A DNA stretch of 64,000 bases from Candidatus Neoruminococcus faecicola (lineage in GTDB: Bacteria; Bacillota; Clostridia; Oscillospirales; Ruminococcaceae): NCBI GenBank assembly GCA_904398325.1, contig CAJFPC010000044.1, forward strand, positions 29,109 through 93,108, given 5' to 3'. How positions within the stretch are numbered: position 1 is the first letter of the stretch; the number at the start of each line of letters is the position of its first letter. The notes beneath the pieces are model-generated. The model had not been told where the DNA came from and did no database searches. It was given only the letters and a program-made list of their open reading frames with translations. The translations under genes and the position numbers were made by a program. This document shows positions 1 to 11,310 of the stretch, piece by piece.

Positions 1-977
1 TGCAGCATGCGCTGGAGTGTGAGGCGGATGCCATTTCCAACGGCACAGAGGTCTTTGTGCCCGCGGTGATGGAGCATATCGAGCTGGCGGGCATCCACTC
101 GGGCGATTCCGCCTGCGTGCTGCCCTCGGTGCACATCAGCGAGGAGCATCTGAAAACCATCCGCGAATATACCATGAAAATCGCCCGGGAGATGGGCGTC
201 TACGGGCTGATGAACATGCAGTATGCCATCTGCGACGGCAAGGTCTATGTGCTGGAGGCCAATCCCCGCGCTTCCCGCACGGTGCCGCTGGTCTCTAAGG
301 TGTGCAACATCAACATGGTGAATATCGCCACCAACATTATGATGGCCCGCGCCAAGGGTGAGGTCTATTCCCTGCAGGACCTCAAGCACCGCCATGTGCC
401 CTATTATGGGGTCAAGGAGGCGGTGTTCCCCTTCAACATGTTCCCGGAGGTGGACCCGGTGCTGGGGCCGGAGATGCGCTCCACCGGCGAGGTGCTGGGG
501 CTGGCGTCCAGCTTCGGCGGCGCATTCTGGAAGGCGCAGGAGGCTGCCAAGCAGTGCATCCCGCTGGGCGGCAGGCTGTTTATCAGCGTCAGCGACGCGG
601 ATAAGGACGAGCTGCCCGAAGTGGCCAGAAAATTCCACGAGCTGGGCTTCACCATCGTGGCCACCCGCGGCTGCGCCCAGGTCATTATCCAGGCGGGCGT
701 TCCCTGCGGGGTGGTCAACAAGATCTATGAGGGCCGGCCCAACGTGGTGGATCTGATCACCAACGGGGAGATCGACGTGCTCATCAACACGCCGGTGGGC
801 GACAAGAGCGCCCATGACGACAGCTACATCCGCAAGGCCGCCATCAAGCACAAAATCCCCTATATCACTACCATGGCCGCTGCCAGGGCCACTGTGGAGG
901 GCATCCACTACGCCAGGGAAAACGGCCACGGCGACATCAAATCCCTGCAGGATTATCACGCTTCCATCCAGGATTGA
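1..977 (+). CDS. carB: carbamoyl-phosphate synthase large subunit, C-terminal portion (5' end outside window)
   Basis: The frame is open from the window edge to TGA at 975-977. It carries the ATP-grasp motifs IELAGIHSGDSACVLP and VLEANPRASRTVP, followed by an MGS-like domain (GRLFISVSDADK...VATRGC...LINTP). Confidence 0.9.
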   Translation, partial: QHALECEADAISNGTEVFVPAVMEHIELAGIHSGDSACVLPSVHISEEHLKTIREYTMKIAREMGVYGLMNMQYAICDGKVYVLEANPRASRTVPLVSKVCNINMVNIATNIMMARAKGEVYSLQDLKHRHVPYYGVKEAVFPFNMFPEVDPVLGPEMRSTGEVLGLASSFGGAFWKAQEAAKQCIPLGGRLFISVSDADKDELPEVARKFHELGFTIVATRGCAQVIIQAGVPCGVVNKIYEGRPNVVDLITNGEIDVLINTPVGDKSAHDDSYIRKAAIKHKIPYITTMAAARATVEGIHYARENGHGDIKSLQDYHASIQD

Positions 978-998
978 GCCAGCATAACCGCAAACAGG

Positions 999-1028
999 AC
1001 CGGGCAGACCAGCCCGGTTCTTTTTATT
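999..1028 (+). terminator. rho-independent terminator after carB
   Basis: Stem ACCGGGC (999-1005) pairs with GCCCGGT (1012-1018) around a 6-nt loop, followed by TCTTTTTATT. Confidence 0.75.
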
Positions 1029-1121
1029 GATCTGAAACAGGCGCGGCGCCCTTGGCATCCGGTACAAAAGGCCTGCGGCCGGACCGGGCATTTTCGGAAG
1101 GATTTGCCCCAGGGTGCCGCC

Positions 1122-1150
1122 TTGTCTGCTCCGTGGAAAAGTTGTATAAT
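1122..1150 (+). promoter_or_regulatory. putative sigma-A promoter of uvrBA
   Basis: -35 TTGTCT (1122-1127), 17-bp spacer, -10 TATAAT (1145-1150), about 45 nt upstream of the uvrB start. Confidence 0.5.
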
Positions 1151-1193
1151 ATTAACGCGAATTTTTCAGCAGGAAGAGCAGGGGGAGAGCAGA

Positions 1194-3164
1194 TTGGATC
1201 ATTTTGAATTGGTATCGGCCTACCAACCTACCGGCGACCAGCCGGAAGCCATTGCCCAGCTGGTGGCGGGCATCCAGGCGGGCGACAAGGAGCAGACGCT
1301 CCTGGGTGTCACCGGCTCCGGCAAAACCTTCACCATGGCCAATGTGATCGCACAGGTCAACCGCCCCACGCTGGTGCTGGCCCACAACAAGACCCTGGCG
1401 GCCCAGCTCTGCTCGGAATTCAAGGAATTTTTCCCCCATAACGCGGTGGAATACTTCGTCTCCTACTACGACTATTACCAGCCGGAGGCGTATATCGCCA
1501 GCACGGATACCTATATTGAAAAGGATTCCGCCATCAACGATGAAATCGAAAAGCTGCGCCATTCCGCCACTGCCGCCCTGGGGGAACGCCGGGACGTGAT
1601 CATCGTGGCCAGCGTTTCCTGCATTTACACCCTGGGCGACCCCATTGATTACCACAACATGGTGATCTCGCTGCGCACCGGCATGCAGAAGGACCGGGAT
1701 GAGCTGCTCAAAAAGCTGGTGGAGATCCAGTACGAGCGCAACGACGTCAACTTCACCCGCAATAAATTCCGGGTGAGGGGGGATGTGGTGGAGATTTTCC
1801 CTGCCTACTGGAGCGACACCGCTATCCGGGTGGAATTTTTCGGCGACGAGATCGACCGCATCAGCGAGATCAACACGGTCACCGGGGAGCTGAAAAATGT
1901 AGTCAGCCACGTGGCCATCTATCCGGCTTCGCATTATATTGTTTCCCGGGATAAAATGGAGGCGGCCATTGTGGAGATCCGCCGGGAATGCGACGAGCGG
2001 GTGGAATATTTCCGTTCTCAAAACAAGCTCATTGAAGCCCAGCGCATCGCCGAGCGGGTCAACTACGATATTGAGATGCTCACCGAGATCGGCTTCTGCA
2101 AAGGGGTGGAAAACTACTCCCGGGTGCTTTCCGGCCGGGCGCCGGGCAGCATCCCCTTCACCTTGCTGGATTATTTCCCCAAGGATTTCCTGCTCTTTGT
2201 GGATGAATCCCATGTGACGCTGCCCCAGGTGCGCGGCATGTACGGCGGCGACCGGGCGAGAAAGCAGAACCTGGTGGATTATGGCTTCCGGCTGCCGTCG
2301 GCGCTGGATAACCGGCCGCTGAGCTTTGACGAATTTTATGACAAGCTCAACCAGATCGTCTTTGTCAGCGCCACCCCCGGCCCGCTGGAGCGGGAACGCA
2401 GCGCGCAGATTGTGGAGCAGGTGATCCGCCCCACCGGCCTTTTGGACCCGGAGATTTCGGTGCGGCCTATCGAAGGGCAGATCGACGACTTGCTTTCTGA
2501 GATCCGCATCCGGGTGGAGAAAAAGGAGCGTGTGCTGGTCACCACTCTCACCAAAAAAATGGCGGAGGATCTGACCACCTATCTGGAAAGCATGGGGGTG
2601 CGCATCCGCTATCTGCACCACGACATCGACACCATCGAACGCATGGAGATCATCCGCGACCTGCGTATGGGCGAGTTTGACGTCCTGGTGGGCATCAACC
2701 TGCTCCGGGAGGGGCTGGATATCCCCGAGGTGTCGCTGGTGGCCATTCTGGATGCGGATAAGGAGGGCTTCCTGCGCTCCGAGACTTCCCTCATCCAGAC
2801 CATCGGCCGCGCCGCCCGCAACGCGGAAGGCAAGGTAATCATGTATGCCGACCAGGTGACCCCCTCGATGGAATATGCCATCACCGAGACCAACCGCCGC
2901 CGGCAGATCCAGATGAAATACAACGAAGAGCACGGCATCACCCCCACCACCATCCGCAAGGATGTGCGGGAGATCCTGGAGATTTCCACCCACGAGAAGG
3001 GGGACAAAAAATCCGCGGGTAAAAAGATGTCCCGCAAGGATGCCCAGGAGAAGATCAACCGCCTGACCCAGGAGATGAAAAACGCCGCCAAGATTCTGGA
3101 ATTTGAGCACGCCGCTTATCTCAGGGATAAAATCGAGGCGCTGAAAAAGGAATACCGCTTATAA
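1194..3164 (+). CDS. uvrB: excinuclease ABC subunit B
   Basis: Has N-terminal [17 protein letters not shown], Walker A GVTGSGKT, helicase motifs and a C-terminal UVR motif ([14 protein letters not shown]). I moved the start to TTG 1194, behind SD GGGGGAGAG (1181-1189). The track start at 1104 has no SD and lies in the promoter. Confidence 0.95.
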   Translation: MDHFELVSAYQPTGDQPEAIAQLVAGIQAGDKEQTLLGVTGSGKTFTMANVIAQVNRPTLVLAHNKTLAAQLCSEFKEFFPHNAVEYFVSYYDYYQPEAYIASTDTYIEKDSAINDEIEKLRHSATAALGERRDVIIVASVSCIYTLGDPIDYHNMVISLRTGMQKDRDELLKKLVEIQYERNDVNFTRNKFRVRGDVVEIFPAYWSDTAIRVEFFGDEIDRISEINTVTGELKNVVSHVAIYPASHYIVSRDKMEAAIVEIRRECDERVEYFRSQNKLIEAQRIAERVNYDIEMLTEIGFCKGVENYSRVLSGRAPGSIPFTLLDYFPKDFLLFVDESHVTLPQVRGMYGGDRARKQNLVDYGFRLPSALDNRPLSFDEFYDKLNQIVFVSATPGPLERERSAQIVEQVIRPTGLLDPEISVRPIEGQIDDLLSEIRIRVEKKERVLVTTLTKKMAEDLTTYLESMGVRIRYLHHDIDTIERMEIIRDLRMGEFDVLVGINLLREGLDIPEVSLVAILDADKEGFLRSETSLIQTIGRAARNAEGKVIMYADQVTPSMEYAITETNRRRQIQMKYNEEHGITPTTIRKDVREILEISTHEKGDKKSAGKKMSRKDAQEKINRLTQEMKNAAKILEFEHAAYLRDKIEALKKEYRL

Positions 3165-3182
3165 CAAGGGAGGAACAGCAGT

Positions 3183-6003
<2,821 letters not shown>

Positions 6004-6011
<8 letters not shown>

Positions 6012-6034
6012 ATTATACTTTTAAAGTATAATTT
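6004..6034 (+). promoter_or_regulatory. consensus sigma-A promoter for the rubredoxin gene, embedded in a perfect AT palindrome
   Basis: -35 TTGACT (6004-6009, overlapping the uvrA TAA), 17-bp spacer, -10 TATAAT (6027-6032). AAATTATACTTT (6010-6021) and AAAGTATAATTT (6023-6034) are exact reverse complements. Confidence 0.55.
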
Positions 6035-6062
6035 TAGTAATAACCAGAAAGGGGATGAGCGT

Positions 6063-6221
6063 ATGGCAAGTTATGTTTGCAAGCTTTGTGGGTTCGTGTA
6101 TCACGAGGATGAGGGCTATCCTGCGGATGGCATCAATCCCGGCACCCTGTGGAAGGATGTCCCGGAGGATTGGGTCTGCCCGCTGTGCGGCGCGCCGAAA
6201 AGTGAATTCGAGCCTGCGTAA
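6063..6221 (+). CDS. rubredoxin (52 aa, below the ORF-track size cut-off)
   Basis: My own translation is [52 protein letters not shown]. It has two CxxCG knuckles and the rubredoxin core G..PGT.F/W..P..W.CP.CG. SD AAAGGGGA lies 6-8 nt upstream. The track ORF 6055..6426 is a different frame. Confidence 0.9.
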   Translation: MASYVCKLCGFVYHEDEGYPADGINPGTLWKDVPEDWVCPLCGAPKSEFEPA

Positions 6222-6236
6222 AAAGGCAGCGGCAGG

Positions 6237-6265
6237 GCGGGAGAGGTTCTCTCCCGCTTTCTGCT
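6237..6265 (+). terminator. rho-independent terminator after rubredoxin
   Basis: Stem GCGGGAGAG (6237-6245) pairs with CTCTCCCGC (6249-6257), followed by TTTCTGCTGTT. Confidence 0.7.
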
Positions 6266-6278
6266 GTTACAATGCCGG

Positions 6279-6312
6279 AAGGCCGCCTCTTCCCAAGGGA
6301 AAAGGCGGCCTT
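6279..6312 (-). terminator. GC-rich hairpin downstream of the 6343..6633 gene (candidate terminator, no clear U-tract)
   Basis: AAGGCCGCC (6279-6287) pairs with GGCGGCCTT (6304-6312). No T-run follows on either strand. Confidence 0.35.
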
Positions 6313-6342
6313 TGGTGCCGGTTGGCTGAAATCCCCCGGCGG

Positions 6343-6633
6343 TTATCGGCGCTCAAAGCGCCTGCTGTTTTTGTGCAGCAGGATGCCGGGCACAAGGGAA
6401 ACCAGCGCCAGCAGCAGCAAAAATAGCCCCAGGGAAAGATCCAGCATCAGGGCGGCGGTCCCCACGGCGCACCAGCCGATCCCCAGGCAGCCGTAGGGGA
6501 GCACCAGCCCGCGCTGGTACTGCCGCCGGAAGGGCAGCCTGCGGTACTGCTGCGAAAGCGCCGCCGTGCTGCCGCAGGCGTGCAGCACCGCCAGCACCAG
6601 ATAAGCGATTCCGATCAGGATTGCGATGATCAT
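6343..6633 (-). CDS. small hydrophobic membrane protein, function unknown
   Basis: 96 aa with about three hydrophobic segments (IIAILIGIAYLVLAVL, GCLGIGWCAVGTAALML, LFLLLLALVSLVPGILL). ATG is preceded by SD AGGAGG. Confidence 0.6.
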   Translation of the reverse strand: MIIAILIGIAYLVLAVLHACGSTAALSQQYRRLPFRRQYQRGLVLPYGCLGIGWCAVGTAALMLDLSLGLFLLLLALVSLVPGILLHKNSRRFERR

Positions 6634-6733
6634 GCTGTTGCCTCCTATTCGCGCCGGGAGCAGATTGGGTGCGGCGGCGCGGGTTTTCCTTTATCATAGC
6701 AGAGTTTCGGCCATAAGGGAAGAGCAGCTTTTG

Positions 6734-6762
6734 TTGACGATAGCCGCAAAAAAAGGTATAAT
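6734..6762 (+). promoter_or_regulatory. sigma-A promoter of the miaB-mutSL-miaA cluster
   Basis: -35 TTGACG (6734-6739), 17-bp spacer, -10 TATAAT (6757-6762). Confidence 0.6.
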
Positions 6763-6820
6763 AAACTGTAATTCCGCTTGATTCTGTTTCAGGTTTCAGC
6801 GCCGTTGGGAGGCACTTGTT

Positions 6821-8248
6821 TTGATGGAAATCGCCCAAATGTCAGCAAAAAAACAGCAGGAGCTCCGGCAGGAGTATACCGAAAAAATCCGCCGCCTGCT
6901 GGGGGAGCGCTACCTGCAGCAGCCCTATGCCCATGTGCATTCCTATGGCTGCCAGCAGAACGTGGCAGACGGGGAAAAGCTGATGGGCATGCTGGCCCAG
7001 ATGGGATATGGCTTTACCTCCTCCCCGGAGGAGGCTGACCTGATCCTTTACAACACCTGCGCCGTGCGGGAAAACGCGGAGGACCGGGTGTTCGGCAATG
7101 TGGGCGCCTTAAAGCATCTGAAGGAAAAACGTCCGGGCCTGACGATTATTTTATGCGGCTGCATGGTGCAGCAGGAGCATATTGCCCAGAAAATCCGCAA
7201 AAGCTACCCTTATGTGGATATTGTGTTCGGCACCCATATGCTGGCGCAGTTCCCCATGATCCTGCACGAATACCTGGTCAGCCAGAAGCGCATTTTCGAC
7301 ATCTCCCTGACCGACAGCGAGGTGCCCGAGGACCTGCCCGCCTACCGGGAGGATAAGGTAAAAGCCTGGCTGCCCATTATGCACGGCTGCAACAATTTCT
7401 GCAGCTTCTGCATCGTGCCCTATGTGCGCGGCCGGGAGCGCAGCCGCCGCCCGGAGAAAATCCTGGAGGAGGCAAGGGCGCTGGTGGCTGCCGGCTATAA
7501 GGAGATCATGCTGCTGGGGCAGAATGTCAACTCCTACGGCAAGGGGCTGGAGGAGCCGATCAATTTTGCCGGGCTTCTGCGGCTGATCAACGGCATCGAG
7601 GGGGATTTCCGCATCCGGTTTATGACCTCCCATCCGCGGGACTGCACCCACGAGCTGATCGACACCATTGCGGAATGCGGCAAGGTCTGCAAATGCATCC
7701 ACCTGCCGGTGCAGTCGGGCTGCGACCGCGTGCTAAAAGAGATGAACCGCCATTACGACCGGGCCTCCTATCTGGAGCTGATCGATTATGCCCGCAAAAA
7801 AATCCCTGATGTGGCGTTTACCAGCGACATCATCGTCGGCTTCCCCGGCGAAACCTATGAGGAATTTTTAGAGACGCTGGATCTGGTCCGGCAGGTGCGC
7901 TACAACCAGCTGTATACCTTTATTTATTCCAAGCGCAAGGGCACCCGCGCCGCGGAAATGGAGGACACCATCCCCTATGAGGAGCGCTCCAAATGGTTTC
8001 GTCAGCTGCTGGCGGCCCAGCAGGAGATCAGCTCCCAGATCCATCACAGCCTGATCGGCAGCACCGTCCGGGTGCTGGCGGAGGGGGAGGGCAAATCTGG
8101 TGCGGGGTATCTGACCGGGCGCACCGATTCCAATTTGATTGCAGAGTTCCCCGGCCCCAAGGAGCTGGTGGGGACTTTTGTCAATATCGCTGTCACCGAG
8201 GCCCACAACTGGGCCGTCAAAGGAGTATTAGTGAACGGAGGAAAATAA
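6821..8248 (+). CDS. miaB: tRNA-2-methylthio-N6-dimethylallyladenosine synthase (radical SAM methylthiotransferase)
   Basis: Has N-terminal MTTase cysteines (YGCQQN, NTCAVRE, GCM), the radical-SAM motif CNNFCSFC, and a C-terminal TRAM-like end. The start is ambiguous among 6821, 6824 and 6839. Confidence 0.9.
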   Translation: MMEIAQMSAKKQQELRQEYTEKIRRLLGERYLQQPYAHVHSYGCQQNVADGEKLMGMLAQMGYGFTSSPEEADLILYNTCAVRENAEDRVFGNVGALKHLKEKRPGLTIILCGCMVQQEHIAQKIRKSYPYVDIVFGTHMLAQFPMILHEYLVSQKRIFDISLTDSEVPEDLPAYREDKVKAWLPIMHGCNNFCSFCIVPYVRGRERSRRPEKILEEARALVAAGYKEIMLLGQNVNSYGKGLEEPINFAGLLRLINGIEGDFRIRFMTSHPRDCTHELIDTIAECGKVCKCIHLPVQSGCDRVLKEMNRHYDRASYLELIDYARKKIPDVAFTSDIIVGFPGETYEEFLETLDLVRQVRYNQLYTFIYSKRKGTRAAEMEDTIPYEERSKWFRQLLAAQQEISSQIHHSLIGSTVRVLAEGEGKSGAGYLTGRTDSNLIAEFPGPKELVGTFVNIAVTEAHNWAVKGVLVNGGK

Positions 8249-8249
8249 T

Positions 8250-8651
8250 ATGGACGTCATCGAAATGGCCCGCGAGCTGGGCAAGGAGCTGCAGAAGGAC
8301 GAGCGCTATCACGTCTATCTGACTGCCAAAAAACTCAACGACGAAGATGAGGAGCTGCAGGGCATGATCGGGCAGTTCAATCTCAAGCGCATCCAGATCA
8401 GCAGCGCTTCTTCCAAGCCGGAGCCGGACCAGGCCCGCATCCAGCAGCTGCAGGCGGACCTGGGCGATCTGTACACCAAGATCATGCGCAACGAGAATAT
8501 GCTCAATTTTGAGGTGGCCAAGCAGGAGCTGGATACCCTGGTCACCCAGGTGACACAGATTGTCATGCGCAGCGCCAACGGGGAAAACCCGGATGAAATC
8601 GATCTGAGCAGCTGCACCGGCAGCTGTTCCACCTGCGGCGGCTGCGGCTGA
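8250..8651 (+). CDS. YlbF/YmcA-family regulator with a Cys-rich C-terminal tail
   Basis: 133-aa helical protein (ARELGKELQKDERY...LKRIQ...) typical of the Com_YlbF family. It ends in CTGSCSTCGGCG. SD GGAGG precedes the ATG. Confidence 0.7.
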   Translation: MDVIEMARELGKELQKDERYHVYLTAKKLNDEDEELQGMIGQFNLKRIQISSASSKPEPDQARIQQLQADLGDLYTKIMRNENMLNFEVAKQELDTLVTQVTQIVMRSANGENPDEIDLSSCTGSCSTCGGCG

Positions 8652-8694
8652 TTTGCTGCGGCTGACAGCACAGACTGGAGAGGAGGGAGCGTCT

Positions 8695-11289
8695 TTGGCG
8701 TCGCTATCGCCCATGATGCAGCAGTATTTCCGCATCAAAGAACAGCATCAGGATGAAATTCTGTTTTTCCGCCTGGGGGATTTTTATGAGATGTTTTTCG
8801 ATGACGCCAAGCTGGCGTCCCGGGAACTGGAGCTGACCCTCACCGGGCGGGACTGCGGCCTGGACGAACGCGCCCCCATGTGCGGCGTGCCCTACCACAG
8901 CTGTGAGGCCTATATTGCCCGGCTGATTAAGAAAGGCTACAAGGTGGCCATCTGCGAGCAGATGGAAGATCCCGCCACCGCCAAGGGGCTGGTGCAGCGG
9001 GAGGTGATCCGCGTCATCACGCCGGGCACCCTGATGGAAAGCAACATGCTTTCGGAGGAAAAAAACAACTATCTTGCCTCCCTCTATTGGTGCGAAGACG
9101 GGGTGGGCCTGGCCTTTGTGGATATTTCCACCGGGGAGGCCTGCGCAACTCAGCTGGCTGCGGATGAGGCAAAGCTCATCGGGGAATTAGGACGTTTTTC
9201 TCCCAGCGAAGCGTTATATAATACCGCTGCCGCCGGGCTGGAAAAGCTCCAGGCGTTTTTGACCGGGCGGCTGGCCTGCGCGGTTAATCCGGTGGAGGAG
9301 AGCGCCTACGATTTTGCCGCCTTTTCCAAGGCGATCGAAGGGCAGTTTGGCTCCACCATCAACGAGCTGGGCCTGGCCGGCGTGCCGCTGTGTGTTTTTG
9401 CGCTGGGCAGCCTGCTGGACTATCTGGGCCAGACCCAGCGCCATGGGCTGGAGCGCCTGCAGGAGCTGGAAATCTATACCGACAGCCAGTATATGAAGCT
9501 GGACCTGACGGCGCGGCGCAATCTGGAGGTGCTGGAGACCCTGCGCTCCGGCGAGCGCAGGGGCAGCCTTTTGTGGGTATTGGATAAAACCAAAACCGCC
9601 ATGGGCAAGCGCCTGATGCGCCGCATCATCTGCCAGCCGCTCATCAGCCCGCCGCAGATTGAGCGACGGCTGCACGCGGTGGAGGAATTGCACCGCGACC
9701 AGATTTTGTGCAGCGCCCTGCAGGAGCAGCTGGCCGACATCCACGATATGGAGCGGCTGATGACCCGCATCGTCTATTCCAACGCCACGCCGCGGGATCT
9801 GGTGGCATTGGGCCGCACGGCGGAAAAAATTCCCGCAGTGCGGGCGCTGCTTGATGGTGTAAAGTCTAAAAACCTTACGCAGGTTTTGGAGCGTCTGGAC
9901 CCGCTGGAGGACGTCAAAGACTCCATTTTTTCCACGATCGTGGAAAACCCGCCCATCAACCTAAAGGAGGGCGGCGTCATCTGTGCCGGCAGGGACGCCC
10001 GGCTGGATGAGCTGCGGCAGGTTTCCGGCAATGTGCATGAGGTCATGGCCGCCATGGAGGCCCGGGAACGGGAGGAAACCGGCATCAAAAAGCTGAAGGT
10101 GGGCTACAACAGCGTCTTCGGCTACTATCTGGAGGTGCCGAAATCCGCCGCCGGCCAGGTGCCGGATCATTTTGTCCGCAAGCAGACGCTGGTGAATTCC
10201 GAGCGCTATATCACCCAGGAGCTCAAGGAGCTGGAGGAGAAGATCTTCGGCGCCGCCGAAGAGATCCTCAAGCTGGAAAACCAGCTTTATGAGGAGCTTC
10301 GCCTCTGGATAGCCGCCCAGCTGCACCGCATCCAGGCCACGGCGGAGGCGGTTGCCTGGCTGGATGTCTACGCCTCCCTGGCGCGGGTGGCCTGCGAGAA
10401 CGGCTACTGCTGCCCCCAGGTGGACTACAGTGAGGAAATCTACATCAAAGAGGGGCGCCATCCGGTGGTGGAACAGCTGCTGCGCGGCGACCCGTTTGTA
10501 TCCAACGACACGCTGCTGGATTGCGGCGAGCATCAAATCGCCGTAATCACCGGCCCCAATATGGCTGGCAAATCCACCTATATGCGGCAGGCGGCGCTGA
10601 TTGTACTGATGGCGCAGATCGGCTCCTTTGTGCCGGCCCAATCCGCCCGCATCGGCGTAGTGGACGGCATTTATACCCGGGTGGGCGCTTCGGACGATCT
10701 GGCAACCGGGCAATCCACCTTTATGGTAGAGATGAACGAGGTGGCCGACATCCTCAAAAATGCCACCCGCCGCAGCCTGCTCATCCTGGATGAGATCGGC
10801 CGCGGCACCTCCACCTTTGACGGCATGAGCATTGCCCGCAGCGTGATCGAGTACATCGCCGATCCCAAAAAGCTGGGCGCCAAGACCATGTTCGCCACCC
10901 ATTATCATGAATTGACCGCGCTGGAGGAAGCCTTCTCCTGTGTGAAAAATTACAACATCGCCTGCAAAAAGCGGGGCGATGACATCATCTTCCTGCGGCG
11001 CATCCTGCCTGGCGGCACCGATGACAGCTATGGCATCGAGGTGGCCAAGCTGGCCGGCGTGCCGGACTGGATTGTCAAGCGGGCCCACGCTATTTTAAAG
11101 GAGCTGGAATCCGGCGCACAGGCTCCATCGGCGGCCAAGGCCGCTCCGGCCGGCAGGCAGGAGGAGCAGATGACCCTGGGCGGCCTGCGGGACGGCGCAT
11201 TGGCCGAGGCGCTGCAAAAGCTGGATATCGACACGCTGACGCCTATCGAGGCGCTGCTGAAGCTCAGCGAGCTGAAAAAAATGCTCTGA
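8695..11289 (+). CDS. mutS: DNA mismatch repair protein MutS
   Basis: Has SPMMQQYF at the N-terminus and Walker A GPNMAGKST, followed by DEIGRGTST. TTG 8695 follows SD GGAGAGGAGGGA. The track start at 8653 lacks an SD. Confidence 0.93.
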   Translation: MASLSPMMQQYFRIKEQHQDEILFFRLGDFYEMFFDDAKLASRELELTLTGRDCGLDERAPMCGVPYHSCEAYIARLIKKGYKVAICEQMEDPATAKGLVQREVIRVITPGTLMESNMLSEEKNNYLASLYWCEDGVGLAFVDISTGEACATQLAADEAKLIGELGRFSPSEALYNTAAAGLEKLQAFLTGRLACAVNPVEESAYDFAAFSKAIEGQFGSTINELGLAGVPLCVFALGSLLDYLGQTQRHGLERLQELEIYTDSQYMKLDLTARRNLEVLETLRSGERRGSLLWVLDKTKTAMGKRLMRRIICQPLISPPQIERRLHAVEELHRDQILCSALQEQLADIHDMERLMTRIVYSNATPRDLVALGRTAEKIPAVRALLDGVKSKNLTQVLERLDPLEDVKDSIFSTIVENPPINLKEGGVICAGRDARLDELRQVSGNVHEVMAAMEAREREETGIKKLKVGYNSVFGYYLEVPKSAAGQVPDHFVRKQTLVNSERYITQELKELEEKIFGAAEEILKLENQLYEELRLWIAAQLHRIQATAEAVAWLDVYASLARVACENGYCCPQVDYSEEIYIKEGRHPVVEQLLRGDPFVSNDTLLDCGEHQIAVITGPNMAGKSTYMRQAALIVLMAQIGSFVPAQSARIGVVDGIYTRVGASDDLATGQSTFMVEMNEVADILKNATRRSLLILDEIGRGTSTFDGMSIARSVIEYIADPKKLGAKTMFATHYHELTALEEAFSCVKNYNIACKKRGDDIIFLRRILPGGTDDSYGIEVAKLAGVPDWIVKRAHAILKELESGAQAPSAAKAAPAGRQEEQMTLGGLRDGALAEALQKLDIDTLTPIEALLKLSELKKML

Positions 11290-11310
11290 TCGGGAAAGGA
11301 GGGCGTTCAT

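Noticed and set aside
1029-1193. Expected LexA/SOS (Cheo-type GAAC-N4-GTTC) box upstream of uvrB.
   Set aside because: I found no GAAC-N4-GTTC-like sequence in the uvrB upstream region. I cannot claim SOS regulation from the sequence.
1152-3110. Very long antisense ORFs opposite real genes. Examples: 1152..3110 (-), 18129..20930 (-), 43253..45046 (+), 55283..57544 (+), 29374..30528 (+), 37795..38883 (+), 11095..12270 (-).
   Set aside because: Their translations are low-complexity, rich in Arg, Gly, Ala and His, and lack recognisable motifs or SD sequences. Each lies exactly opposite a gene with unmistakable family signatures. Such shadow ORFs are expected in GC-rich DNA, where stop codons are rare.
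6055-6426. 123-aa ORF overlapping the rubredoxin region.
   Set aside because: It is out of frame with the rubredoxin ORF, which has perfect family motifs and an SD. The 123-aa ORF also runs through two terminator hairpins.
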